64,000 nucleotides of DNA from Flaccisagitta enflata (taxonomy: Eukaryota): the NCBI GenBank assembly GCA_965153355.1, contig OZ231126.1:14322001-14386000 (forward strand). Reading direction: 5' to 3'. Numbering within the stretch: the stretch's first letter is position 1; each line of letters opens with the position of its first letter. A program made the translations under genes and the position numbers. Below the pieces are notes generated by a model. The model searched no databases. It was not told the DNA's origin and saw only the letters and a program-made list of their open reading frames with translations. Positions 1-12,251 of this stretch are shown here, piece after piece.

Positions 1-3000
1 TTGGATCAATCGAGAGTTTCGTGGAATGGCACGATTCTTCTGAAGGCATTCATATTCTTCAGAAAGAAGGTTTTTTGCTCTTGGCTAATGAGCTTTGCTA
101 ATGCCCTTTTCCGCTGTTGAGCAATCGAGTCATTCACCTCGCCCAAAGGGCTACAAAAGCGAATCACGTACATCATGATCCGCACCAGTTTTTCCAAAGA
201 GCTGTAACGTTCCAAACTGATGACAGGTTCACGAACCTGTGTGATATTGACTGCCACTTTCCTTTGTTCAATATCTGGCTTTTCCATCACAGGCTGATTC
301 GGCCAATCACCTGTTTTGATGAATTCAGGGCCCTCAATCCAGAGCTTGGATTGTTTTTCATCCAAAGGCCAAATGCCTCTGGATGGGATATCTGCTGGGT
401 TATCGTCTCCAGGCACCCACATGCATTTAACGCCATGACTGCCGCATGTTCGTTGGATTTCCGCAATCCTGTTCCCAACGAAGGGTTTGTAGCGTGCTGA
501 TGAAGATTCGATCCATCCAAGCGCGATAGTAGAATCTGTCCACAAGAAAGTCTCAATCCCAGATTTGAAAACTTCCTCGTGGAGAAAGGCAAGTAAGCGT
601 GAGCCTAACACTGCTCCCAGCAACTCCATGCGGGGGAGTGAGACAACTTTGATAGGCTTTACTCTTGTCTTGGACATGAGAAAGCAAGAGCCTCTCTCAG
701 AAAATGCATATGCAACAGCGGCATATGCTGATTCACTGGCATCTACAAAGATGTGAAGAACAGTAGGGTTGCCAAAGAACCGAGGAATTTCAAAGTCAAC
801 AACAGTTGCTTTTCTGAATTCTTCCACTTCATGCTTCAACTCATCAGATAGAAGCTGGTCCCAATCAGAACCTAGTTGCCATATCTTCTGCATTATCATC
901 TTCCCTTTGCAGATAAGAGGGCTCCTGCCACCAATAGGGTCCCAGAAGGAGGCAATTTTTTGCAAAAATTCCCTCTTGGTGGTTGGAGTTTTGTCCCACT
1001 CTTTGTTGGGGACACGGAGAGAGTCATGATTCGTGTGCCACTGCAAGCCAAGAACTGCAGCTTCTTCACTATCATCAGTTCCCTCAATCATGCTCAATAA
1101 CTCCTTGTTGTTGCTATTGATTTTGTGCACTTTCATGTGCATAGACCCAAAAAAGCCTTTGATTTGAGTGAGAATATCAACACCGTCATCAACTGAATCG
1201 CACCCTCCAGGCACATCGTCCATGTAGAGCTCGTTTTCGACAAATTCACAAGCTTTTGGGAATTTTTGTTGGATGTCATCGCGCAGAGCGTGGTATTCAC
1301 AAGTTGCCATGGACAGGAATGGAGATGAAGACTCACCGAACATCACACTAGTTTGGCGAGCTATCCCCTTGGTTGTGATGATTCAATGAAGGTCTTGTTG
1401 TTCAACTGGTATCTTTATCTGCCAAAACATCTTTTTGACATCAGACACGAATGCAATTTTTCGTGAACGAAAGCGTAGAATTGATCCAACAATATCTGGC
1501 AATAGATTTGGCCCAACATGTTGAGCGCTGTTCAGGGAAATGCCAAATTTACCCTTGAATGAGGCATTTTTTACAATCCTCACGGGTGTTGTTGGATGGC
1601 CTGGCCTAAGCACCAAGTGCCAAGGTAGGTAGTAGACACCTCCAGCTGGAGTGTCAGCATCAGAGACCAGTTCTAGAACACCAAGATCAAACTGCTCATC
1701 AAAAATCTTTTGAACAGTAGCTCTTTTTTCTGGGTCATTCTTCAGGATGGCTTGCTGTTTCCAATACAGAGCTTTCGTTGGCACAAAGTTGTCCGACAAC
1801 TTTTTCACCTCTTCCTTGTAAGGAATTTTGACCATGTACTGCTGGTTGACATCATCATAAGTGATGGTCTTCTTGAACTCTTCATGCACCTTTTCATCAA
1901 CAAGATTTTTGATTCTTGAGTTTGGATTTGGGCATTCTTCCAATTTCCAAAATTTTTCCAAGACATTTTCCAATGCCACAACCTGTGTCAGGTTTGTTGA
2001 TGTAAAGTGTGACGCATTCTGTCTTATACTACCTGATAAGACCCAACCAAACAAAGTTTGGATTGCACATGGCTCTCCTGGGTTACCAACTCTCTTGTTT
2101 CCAGTCTGTATGTGATCAGCATATTCATTGCCAATTAGCAACTCAACTTCAGTTGCATCACGTGGATAATCATCTGCAAACTGAATATCCGCCAAATGAG
2201 GATATTCTGTGCAAGGATCAAGTCTGATTGCATCCATATCAACTGTGAGTTTCTCTGCTGGAGAGACCACCGCTTCCATCTCACAGTAACGGTTATCTTT
2301 GGTGCAAAGACTGATCTTGACCACATCATAAAGTTCAGGTGCACGGTGTTCACCTGAAAATGCTGTTGCAACAGCAAGCAGCACTCGCCTTATCACGGGC
2401 AATTTCAACATTTTTGCAGTTTTTTGCAAAATCCATGTGGTCTGAGAACCATCATCAATGACTGACCGAATTGTCAAATTTGGTCTTTCTCTCGGAACAG
2501 CTTTGAAGTTCTTCAAAACTGTCAGTCCCTCTTTCTTTTGAGGCGCATGATGAAGTGAATTACAGCAAGTTTTCACGTTTGGCAATGACTCAGGCACTTG
2601 GGATTGTTTGGAGACTGTTGTTGATGAAACAGTAAATGTTGATGTTGGAGATGCAGTCTTTGCATCATCACTCATGGGTGGTTTTCCCCAGTGCAGGAGT
2701 GTGTGGTGAGGTTTTTGGCACACTCTGCACTTGATTGGTGACTTACAAGTCTTTGGGAAATGATCTTTGGTGATTGGCATCAAACATTTTTGACAATGCT
2801 TCTTTTTGAAGATGAAATCAGACCTTTCCTTTGGTGAAAGTTTTTTGAATTTTTCGCAATTGAAAATTCTGTGATCTCTGTCACAACAGAAGCATGTCAC
2901 CTCTCTACTCGCAGTAGTGAGCATCAATGTAGTCTTTGCTCGTGTGTCTTTGTTTTTTGCATCAGTTTTTTGTTCAGATGCTGTGCCATAACATTGCAAC

Positions 3001-4418
3001 TTTTCATGCAAAAAGTCCAGCAGCTTTTTTGTTGAAAATGAATTATCATCATTGATCTCCTCGCGCCATTTTTGCAAAATTTCCTTTGACATGAGTTCCT
3101 CAACAAAGGGTACTATTATCCAAGACCCATTGTCCATGTCTATGCCATACTCGGCCAGACATCTCATTGAGGTTTCCAATGTTGTAAGGAATGGCTTGAT
3201 GCAGTCGGTATCAAAGGGTTTGAGGTTCAAAATGTTTTTGACATGTGACTGTTGAACCAATCTGGGTTTTCCAAACATTTCTTTGAGAAATTTTTTGAAA
3301 TGGTCATAGTTGACATCGGTTATGTTGTACCCATCTGCCAGTTTCTTGGCTTCACCAACACAAGCATCCTTTAAGTAAAGGAGTTTTTCCACATTTGCCA
3401 AATCAGTGCGCTTGTCAATGAGAGATTCAAATGAGTTCCAAAATGCTTGGTATTCAGCTGGAGACTTCCCATAAAACTTTGGGATCTCTATTTTGGGTGT
3501 TTTTGCATGATAAGATGTAGATGCAGCAGGAGTTGTAGAGGAAGGAGGGATAGTGTTGGTATGTGCTGAAGGATTGAGAAATTTGTCTGCATTTGTGATG
3601 GCAGTTGAACCTCTTTCAGTCCATGTTTCTCCCAGTTCCAAATCTGCTGCCATAGCATCCTCATCATAAAATGCCCAAATTTCATCATCTTTTTTGTCCA
3701 ACTCTTTCAGAGCCTCTGAGAGGTTGGTTCTGGAATTTGCAACTGCAAATTTTTCGCCAGAATCTATGTCTTTCGTCAATTTGTTGATAGCTTTTGTAAG
3801 TCAGCCACGAACTGACCTTCTTTCCAATTTTTTCGTTTCCAACAGGTCTTTCTGTGCCTGAGGAAGTTTGGATTCACAATTTGTGATAGCGTCCATGGCG
3901 TGAAGATTTGTAGGGGTTGAAAGGGGGTTATCATTTATTTCTTCCTCTTCAGATTTGAATTCAGATTCAGAATCTGAATCTTCAGTTGAAGATAACCGGA
4001 TCTCTTCCCTCTCTTCCTCACTAGGAGGGTGAGGTTCACTTTCGTTCTCTAATTGTCTATACCGTTCCACAAATTCTTCACCTGTTGCAAGTGCACGTAT
4101 AGCAGCAGTTGAGTAATCACCAATTACTTTCGAATGAGCTTCTCGGAGTGATTCAGGGAAGAATTCTACTTCTTCATCAACACAAGAACTCAGTGTGTGA
4201 AATTCTCCTGACAACAATGTTGTTACAGGACTTAGAATGGCTCGCGCAAATTTTCCAGGATATTTTCGTGAATATTTTTCTACTTCTTTTATAAAGTGAT
4301 CAACTTTTTTCTGAGCTTCTTTCCTTTTATTAACCAAATGGTTCAATTTCTGTCTTTCTATCGTAGAAAGAGTTTTTTCCCATTCGGCAATCTTTGTTTT
4401 AGCTTGTATGAGGTCCAT
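1..4418 (-). pseudogene. Disrupted BEL/Pao gag-pol polyprotein
   Basis: ORFs 3801-4418, 1383-3779 and 6-1346 share one frame, separated by single TGA codons (3803-3801, 1385-1383). Motifs: gag (PKIEIPKFYG..YQAFWNSF), three Cys/His knuckles (CFCCDRDHRIFNC, CQKCLMPITKDHFPKTC, CRVCQKPHHTLLH), protease (VIDDGSQTTWI), RT (LYMDD), RNase H (LHIFVDASESAYAAVAY). A 1-nt frameshift near 62 restores FFSEEYECLQKNRAIPRNSRLIQ. Confidence 0.9.
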
Positions 4419-4506
4419 GTAACCGCTAGTTACTGTTAACCATGGCTAAAACAATTTTGAGATCAACTTCCACTATCAAAAATCCAACTTTGGATTATTT
4501 TGATAA

Positions 4507-5134
4507 ATCTCAACCTCTGTGAGATATAAATTGGTCTTTAGACCCTTCTTCCAATTAAGCCCGCCTGGCTTGTTTTTTATCTCAACCCCTGTGAGATATA
4601 AATAGGTCAATTCTTTAAGACCTTCTTTCCAATTAAGCCCGCCTGGCTTATTACTTTATCTCAACCCCTGTGAGATAAAACTGGTCAATATAATTGACTC
4701 AATATACAGTCCAGATTCCCTCAGGAATTTTCAAATTGGTCAATCTCAACACCTGTGAGATAATAATTTTGACCAATATATAGACCAGATTCCCCCAGGA
4801 ATTTTCGTACTGGTCAATCTCAACTCTTGTGAGATTTCAAATTGGTCAAATTCACCACTTCCTATATCACCACTTCCAAAATCACCACTTCTAAATTCAC
4901 CACTTCCTAATTCACCACTTCCAAATTCACCACTTCCAATTTGTGGCTCGTGAAGCAAACTTTTTGTCTCCTTGGGTACTCGCAAAGTACCTTTTCTTCT
5001 TCCAAGTGGCTCGTAAAGCACACCAATGGTTCTGTTCTCCTGCAAGTGACTCGTAAAGTGCACTTGTTCCAATGTGACCACTATAGTCCGCCTGACTATG
5101 TTCCTATGTGATCACAATAGTCCGCCTGACTATT
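4507..5134. repeat. Repeat/hairpin array in the leader of element A
   Basis: ATCTCA-N7-TGAGAT at 4507, 4579, 4658, 4743, 4817; 15-bp AATTCACCACTTCCT-like units ~4849-4938; CGCCT-loop hairpins at 4557, 4634, 5083, 5116. Confidence 0.85.
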
Positions 5135-5191
5135 TTTCACATCCAATTCTGGCCTGCTTGAAATTGAATGAAAAGTTGGAAGATCTAATAA

Positions 5192-5201
5192 AGGGACGCC
5201 A
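5192..5201 (-). promoter_or_regulatory. Primer-binding site of element A, probably tRNA-Asn
   Basis: Minus strand TGGCGTCCCT is complementary to ...AGGGACG-CCA, the 3' end of animal tRNA-Asn(GTT) as recalled; sits upstream of the gag leader. Confidence 0.55.
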
Positions 5202-5210
5202 TAAAATAAG

Positions 5211-5385
5211 TGGAGGGGTTGGTTATAATGAACCTGCTGTTGATAGGATGACAAAATAATAGAAGATAAAGCTGATTGAAGATATTTGAGTTTCGAAGAT
5301 TTAAATCAGTTTCACTCCTTTTATTTTGCTGAGGTTATCAATTTCAAACGGGAGCAATCGGGAATTGTGATTGTAGTCGAGTTGC

Positions 5386-5425
<40 letters not shown>

Positions 5426-5870
5426 TCTTATCTCTTTTAAGTATCTATCTGTAGTTATAACCAAACTGCAGAATTAAGCGTCTTTGTTTCTACAATTTGT
5501 CGACGGAGAATTGCAGAGATTCAATTTCCCTTTTTTCCACGAAAGGGAGAAATAAAAGTTCAGAGGTCTTTTCTTTACGTAGGATTTAATGTAAGTGAAT
5601 CATTCCAAATTTCAATTAAACAAGAAAACATAAAATAGAAAGAAAAAGTTATTACAAAAAGAAAGATTACATTTTTGTCGGCAACAATTGTTATTCTTAG
5701 GCGGCATTGGAATAAAGACTGAAAAAAAGACGAAGGCCGCCAAACTGAGAAGGCAACGTGATTCTTACGAAAGGGAGAAATTGAGAATTGACCAGTCAGA
5801 AAGGAATTTGACTTTTAAACGGGAGAAAGAATACGTTGAGAAAACTTACGAAGGACAAATTCTTAATACA
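5211..5870 (-). repeat. Putative 5' LTR of element A, boundaries inferred
   Basis: Minus strand reads TGTATT...CCTCCA, ends 9 nt before the PBS and contains AATAAA. The partner LTR is outside the window, so this cannot be confirmed. Confidence 0.35.
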
Positions 5871-6737
5871 GTATGAATTATCCAAAGTGCTTTTACAGAG
5901 ATACAGTTTCTTTTCTCTAAATTGCTAATCGCGTTTTTTATACTAGTCAAGTGGCCCGATAATTCTCATCCTCCAAAACCCAAAACCCAGCCTCCAGGCC
6001 CATAACCCTGCTTTGAAGCCCCTAATCCAAATAAAGAAACCCAAACCCTAACCTGAAGTTACACTATGGCATCGAGCCATCGACCCCTTACCACTACATC
6101 CCCATAAATACTCACTGAAGGACTTCACGTACTGCAGACCATATCACGTTTTTGCGACTGCTCGTTATTTCTATTCTGTATGACAGTGGTATTCCGAAGG
6201 CAATATTTGCGTTTCATCGGGGGCCAAAATTAAGAAATAAAAATGATAGATATTTTTTGCATGCTTTGCACTTATCAACAAAAAAGAACCTAATTAAGAT
6301 AAAATTGATGAAGAAAATTTACTGCAAATTATTAAGAATTTCATTTTTGGTCAGTGACCAAGGAACGGTTGAAATTTTAAATTTGCATAGAAAATGAAAA
6401 AATGAAAAAATGAAGAACATAGTTCTCCTTAAAAATCATTTACAGAGGGAACTATGTTTTTGGAAATGCAAAATTTCTTTTCATTAGAGAGTAATATAAT
6501 TTCAACCTCAGGCAAGAATAAAAAGATGTAATCAAGATGTTACAAAAATCCTTGATTTTCTTGACTATTTTCAGGTGGATTGCATAGTTAAAATTACTTT
6601 TGAGGTCCAAATATGATAAAAATGTATACATCAAGTGTCTTTAGAGACAATTTGAAGCAAAAAGTATGGTGAAACGCTTGATTTTCCTTCAAAAAATTGC
6701 CGTCGTATTCACATTTGTTCTCTCTCGTTACATGTAG

Positions 6738-6932
6738 AGTCCTGAATCCTATCGATATGCGTGACCGCGATCTTATTCTCATTATTTCGTTTGTTATGCA
6801 TTTTACCGGTATCGAAGGTCATTCCTTTCTTTGGCTTGAGAAATTCCCTGTCGCTTTTCATTCTTGACTGACGATTAAAATCGTGCGCGCAAATCTCTCT
6901 CTTTTTCTTTCTGGCGAGTTCAATTCGCTACT
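6738..6932 (+). repeat. 5' LTR of TRIM-like element (AGT...ACT)
   Basis: Direct repeat of 8174-8368. Confidence 0.9.
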
Positions 6933-6951
6933 TGGTGGCAGCGGTGGGATT
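6933..6951 (+). promoter_or_regulatory. tRNA-Leu primer-binding site
   Basis: TGGTGGCAGCGGTGGGATT is complementary to the 3' end AATCCCACCGCTGCCA-CCA of tRNA-Leu(AAG/TAG); abuts the LTR. Confidence 0.88.
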
Positions 6952-8173
6952 GTTCCCATGCTGCTGGTTTCCACTCGACACCTACCACTGACTTTACCAT
7001 CAAAAATCGTCATTACCATCGTCATGAATCCTTGGACGGTCATCATGTCCTCGTATGCTTCTGCGGTTCCATCATTCATCATTTTTGTCTTCTCTGCGTC
7101 TTCATCTCTCACCGTTCTCATGCATATCTGTTTTGATAACTTTCTGACATAAAGACCGAAGAAGCATCATTTTCGCCTCTCGTCATTTCTTTTGGATTGG
7201 AAAGACTTGATCTCTTGATTGCTTTGTCACTCGGGACGCGGTTTAGTAATTGTACTGGTTGGAGCGCTCTGGGCATCTGGATCGTCGGGACAGCCAATTG
7301 AGCGCCGGAATTCCGGGACAGCCGTCAGAGCGCCGAGAACGCCGGAACAGCGCCGGAAATGCCGGAATCGCCAATAGAGCGCCGGGATCGCCGGATCAAC
7401 CCTTGGAGCGCCAAAAACTTTCGTCTACCACTCCGGAAGAAAGGTGTGTCGGAATACCAGTAGCCCCGCATCAACTTTTGTGGGGAGTGTTTATCTACAA
7501 TAACAAAACGACGGATCTTTGAGTACTGCATTAAATAGGATCATCCTTTTCTCTCTCAAAGAACGACTAAGAGCTGCGATTTACCTATTGCCATCTGCGG
7601 CATGAATACCACCTGCGGTGATTTCATCCGCATGTGTGCCATTTTCCTTCTACACTCTCCAACTAATCACCGTTTCTTTTGGGTGCATCATCTCCTGACT
7701 TTCTCCCTTTTTGCGATCTATGGACCGACGGAAGCGTTGTTAAATTCTCTATCTCATCTCAAGTGTCAAGGTGGAGGGGCTTGACCACCCTGAGTGGGTG
7801 TTGCCTTTGAGCTGCGATGGAAGAGTTTTTACGTCACCTCCGTTTCCAGGCCAAAAAGCTGGCCAGGAAGTGGGAGGGGTGCCGTAGCATTGGAAATGGA
7901 ATTTGGAGGAGTGACTGAAGGAAAATTACCGATGGATCTCCGCAACAAGAAGCAAATATCATAGTGCCATTTTACTCATGTGAATAAGTTTCTTTTTGAT
8001 TGCCTAACTACATTTAACACCATGTGACTCTTTAGTCGCAATATTGTGGTTTTTGTACACAACATCCTGTTTTCCACTGGTTCTATTTTTTTCTTATCTC
8101 ATGTGAACTTGGTCACTTTATCTATCGTTTTCTTTTCGTTATTTCTCAAAAAACTTTTTTTTGGCAGAGGGGG

Positions 8174-8368
8174 AGTCCTGAATCCTATCGATATGCGTGA
8201 CCGCGATCTTATTCTCATTATTTCGTTTGTTATGCATTTTACCGGTATCGAAGGTCATTCCTTTCTTTGGCTTGAGAAATTCCCTGTCGCTTTTCATTCT
8301 TGACTGACGATTAAAATCGTGCGCGCAAATCTCTCTCTTTTTCTTTCTGGCGAGTTCAATTCGCTACT
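8174..8368 (+). repeat. 3' LTR of TRIM-like element
   Basis: Direct repeat of 6738-6932, preceded by a polypurine tract. Confidence 0.9.
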
Positions 8369-8795
8369 GTAGAGTCAAAGGGTATGACATCAATATACTA
8401 GTATTGGTCCCATTATTCTTGTTATTTTTCCAGGTTTTGTGTCTTTATTTGTTTGTTTTATTTCCGCGCGCCGGTGTTTATTTTCGATAACACAGGAGCG
8501 AGGAATTCCTTCCACGGTAAATATACAAGTGGCGCAATCTGGTGCTGGTTGGACAGCATTGGTCGTAAGTTTCGATTCCACTTAGACTCCCGCCTGGCCA
8601 ATATCATCGCTCTTGTTTAGTCAAACGTGGGAGAAGATAAACACGCAAACGCGTTGTTATTGGCACAGACCCAAGTGAGCGCGACAATCTGGCAAAACAA
8701 CAAACAGAAAAAAAGATGTTGTTCAGGGAAAACACACACACACATACATGGGTACTGATTCTGAAGTAGTGCACAGTGCCGCTGCTCGTAAGAGA

Positions 8796-8990
8796 AACAA
8801 GGCCGCATAAACGGCTACCGAAGTCATGTGCTGGTGGGCAGGGGCAATATTTGAGGTCACCAGACCATTTTGGTAGGAGCAGTGAGGTCAAAGAAATAAA
8901 ATCATAAAAAAGTAAAGTGTGACCGACCGACCAACCGACCGACCGACCGACGGACAAAGCGGGTTGTAGAGTCGCGTGCACGCGACTAAA
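8796..8990 (-). mobile_element. Helentron-type non-autonomous element (HINE/DINE-1-like), family A
   Basis: T-run, palindromic AGTCGCGTGCACGCGACT end, (GTCY)n microsatellite, subterminal inverted repeat, 3' GCCG..CGGC hairpin then CTTGTTT; no TSD. Confidence 0.7.
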
Positions 8991-9054
8991 AATTCATACA
9001 GTTATTAGTAGATGGAAACAGTTATGTATTAAGGTAATTTATAGTTATACTTGA

Positions 9055-9240
9055 AACAAGGCCGGATACATGGCCACCAGTTGCGGACGGGTGGGCAGGG
9101 GCGGATATGCGCGTTTTCTAACTTTTTGACTCGTGCTGACGGACGGACCGACAGACCAACAGACCGAAGGACTGACGGACCAAAGGACCGACGGACCGAC
9201 GGACAAAGCCTTTTATAGAGTTGCGTGTCCGCAACTAAAA
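9055..9240 (-). mobile_element. HINE family A variant (AGTTGCGGAC subterminal repeat)
   Basis: Same architecture as 8796-8990; related copies at ~47875-48330 (interrupted) and 61967-62136. Confidence 0.65.
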
Positions 9241-9300
9241 TTCGTAAAGAAGAAAATAAACTTGCGAGAAGGGTGATTTTTTTAGCATCAATATCATAAT

Positions 9301-11383
9301 TAAGGGAGTACGAGTGTAGGTCGAGTCAAAATCTCGCCTCAGATACTCGATTTTCATGTCAGTGGGCCCAAAATATGAGGTTTTCCACCAATTTTGGGGC
9401 TGTCACTCAAAAAATACCCCGCGGATGGCCTCAAAAACCAATTTTCGCATTATTTTTAGCGTTTTTTAAGCATATTTTTCTTAAATAGCTAAAATTTTCC
9501 AAAAATTTTTTTCTTGTACAAACTATTGTTGTTCATGCCATGCCTCAGTAGCATTCTTCATCCTATGAAAAAAAAATAACATGAAATTTTAACTATCAAC
9601 ATGTAAAAAATGATGAAAATTGCAGAAAAACAGGCAAAAACCGGAAACTGTTACTGAAATCAATACATCTAAATATTTAATTAGCTCTTACATATGATAT
9701 TGATAAAACCTGGCAAACTCTAAAGTTAAGTTAGTGATCTGTAATGAAAAAATGGTCAAATAATTCAATCCTAATCAAACAAAGTTCTATGAATTAGCAG
9801 TTCAATCATCAAATTCATAAAATTTGCATAAGAGGGAGAGTTGAATCATAGGTCAGATCATGAATGGTCATGAATTTGTCTTAATCTCTTTTGTGCTACT
9901 GCTCTGGGGTATTAGAGGTGATGAGTTATCCCCAAAGAGCCTCAATGACTTCTCTGTTGAAAAGTGCAAAGACCAAATCTTTTTGCCTTATATTTTTAGC
10001 ATATATAACAGAGGGCCTGATTTCAAGCACGTGTTTCTTTTCAAAGTGATCTACTACTTCTTCAATTGATTAAATCCAATATGTTTTCCCTACATGATCT
10101 TTTGCACAAACTCTCAAAGTGGTGAGGGCTTGAACACAAGTGGTATTTGCTCCTGGTTGTATGATTGGACTAACATAAGGTTCCAACCATCTACTTCCAA
10201 AGTAATAAGAAATTCTTCCTCCTGAAGTGGCCATTGAAAGTCCAGTTCAGGATCAGCTGAAGTGGGTGCCGTATATCTTTTTCACTTTGTTTGAGACTGT
10301 GCTGTGGGTGAATCAAGCATATTAGTTGCTTCATAGACATTATCAACTATGATGAATTATTGATTGCATTGGTCAGCAGAATGTAATGCCAGTAGATTTT
10401 CATACATTTATTAGGAAATAATATTGTATTGCTTGAAGTAAACAAAGTCACTTGGCAACTCAGAAAAAATGATTTATTTGAACTTGATTTCTCTGCACAA
10501 AATGGACTGTTTATTTTACTCCTTCAACATCTTGATTCAATTGTAGCATTTGTGGAATTCATTTTGAGATTTCAATTGAGCATCATATTTATGTTTCTTG
10601 CCATTATTTTGGCACAAGGCCATCGCCTTGTTTTTTGACTGCCCTCTGGCTAGCTTATCTGCTTCTGGATCAGTGACAACAGGTTAGGACTTCATCCGAT
10701 CCTTTTCGGCCCTGGACCAATCTGTCTTAATTTCTGCAACTTCTTTTTGCTTGGCTGGCTGGCTGGCTTTTGCTTGGCTTGCTTAGCTTGTTTGGCTTGC
10801 CATCTTTGAGCATGCATTTAGCTCCCTTTGCAAATGCTTTTTCTGTTAATTCGAGTACCAATCTGTCACTTATGGCCTGAAATGCTACACCTCCTTTTGC
10901 TTTGAGCTGTTATGAGAAGTATCCAAAGTAGTTCTCTCCTGCTTTGTTGTGCACTGGAATTTGTTTAAAGTACATCCTCTGTGGGCATATCTGAAAATGG
11001 CTTCAACTGTGTCTTTCAACGAGTACCTGCTGCTTTTTTTCACAGTATTCCTTACACTCAAGATATGCTAAAACGCTATCTAGCTTGTCAATTGCCTTGC
11101 CTTGCCAATTCTTCCCTCCTTCATCAGCATAGCATCATTTCAACATCCTCTTTGCTCTTCAAATGCACTGAATTCTTAAGCCTTGTTCTATTATTTTGAA
11201 GAATTCTCCATTGCAACAAATTTCAACGCCAGGTCCTTTGAGCACCTAAGTTGTTTGTTACCTTGCTTTTGTCAGAAATGGTTTGTAATGCTGCTTCCAG
11301 TTTGTCCTGGCTAGATTGGCCTTTCAAATTTTCAAAGAAAGAAGATAGATAAAGAGAAAGACAGAGAGAGAGTGAGAGAAAGA

Positions 11384-11459
<76 letters not shown>

Positions 11460-12112
11460 GAGAGTGAGAGTGAGAGGGAAAGAGTGAGAGGGAGAGAAGG
11501 AGAGAGAGAGAAAGAGGAGAGAGAGAAAAGAAAGGAAAGAAAAGAAGGAGAAGGGTGAGAGCGGGTAATTGAAAAAAACTACTGAGCTAGTTTAAATTAA
11601 CAAAATTGAGCTAATATAAAGAGAAATGATTAGAATACTGTTGAGCTTCACTACAGCGCATGCCAAGGGACTGAGCAAAAGTATGCCTCATAGTGAAGCT
11701 GCCTTATTACCACTGTAAAAACAACTACTCTTTCATGAAACCACAGGTTATATGCCCTACAGGAGGGCATACCTTATTAGCGGGTGCACTTTAGCGTTGC
11801 TCTACTGTATATTGAAAACAAATGCTGAATTCCTGTTTTTGAGAAATATTGATCCTGCCTGGTCAAGTCTTTACTTTTTTATGAAGTTGAATTTTAAATG
11901 AATGAATAAACTTTTAAAATCTGAGTAAGTATGAAAAATCGCTTAAAGAATAGTCGAGATTTAGTTTTTGAGCCCATCCACGGGTTTTTTTTTCAACGAC
12001 TGAGTTTTGATTGGTGATTTGCCACTAAGTAGGGTCCCACTCATAGGTTTATTGAGTATCTGAGGCCATTTTTTGAAGTTTGCTCATTTTTGAGAAATCT
12101 CGTACTCCCTTA
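9301..12112. mobile_element. Degenerate cut-and-paste DNA transposon, possibly MULE-like
   Basis: Perfect 14-bp termini TAAGGGAGTACGAG / CTCGTACTCCCTTA continuing as ~170-bp imperfect inverted repeats; flanking direct repeat TCATAAT (9294-9300, 12113-12119). Confidence 0.75.
9900..11330 (-). pseudogene. Probable decayed transposase fragments
   Basis: Broken minus-strand frames, e.g. KQIPVHNKAGENYFGYFS*QLKAKGG (~10965-10890), resembling an N-x3-E-x2-FG catalytic-Glu segment; lies inside the TIR element. Confidence 0.4.
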
Positions 12113-12251
12113 TCATAATCGCAGTCGTAGAGGTACTAATTTTTAAGATGGTAAAAACTAGTAATACAGTCAATTGGAATAAAAATCTATTTTGAACATA
12201 CTGTTTTCACCAAGCACAGAAGAGAAAAGATACAATTTCTGTGTGAACCAG

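Larger units (their letters stand above)
1..5870 (-). mobile_element. BEL/Pao LTR retrotransposon A; 3' part (integrase, 3' LTR) lies beyond the left window edge; right boundary approximate
   Basis: Gag-PR-RT-RNaseH order on the minus strand with BEL-type motifs, a repeat-rich leader and a TGG-type PBS at 5192-5201. Confidence 0.9.
6738..8368 (+). mobile_element. Non-autonomous TRIM-like LTR retrotransposon with Ty3/Gypsy-type signals
   Basis: Two apparently identical 195-bp direct repeats, PBS directly after the first, PPT AGAGGGGG (8166-8173) directly before the second, 4-bp TSD GTAG (6734-6737, 8369-8372), no gag/pol inside. Confidence 0.9.

Noticed and set aside
4507-4835. CRISPR-like regularly spaced palindromic repeats
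   Set aside because: The spacers are homologous to each other, there are no cas genes, and the context is a eukaryotic retrotransposon leader.
6883-7152. Hydrophobic ORF in the TRIM-like interior
   Set aside because: Short, explained by T/C-rich composition, with no gag or env motifs.
8373-8700. Possible solo LTR with splice-like signals around the TRIM insertion
   Set aside because: No TG...CA boundaries with a matching TSD could be found.
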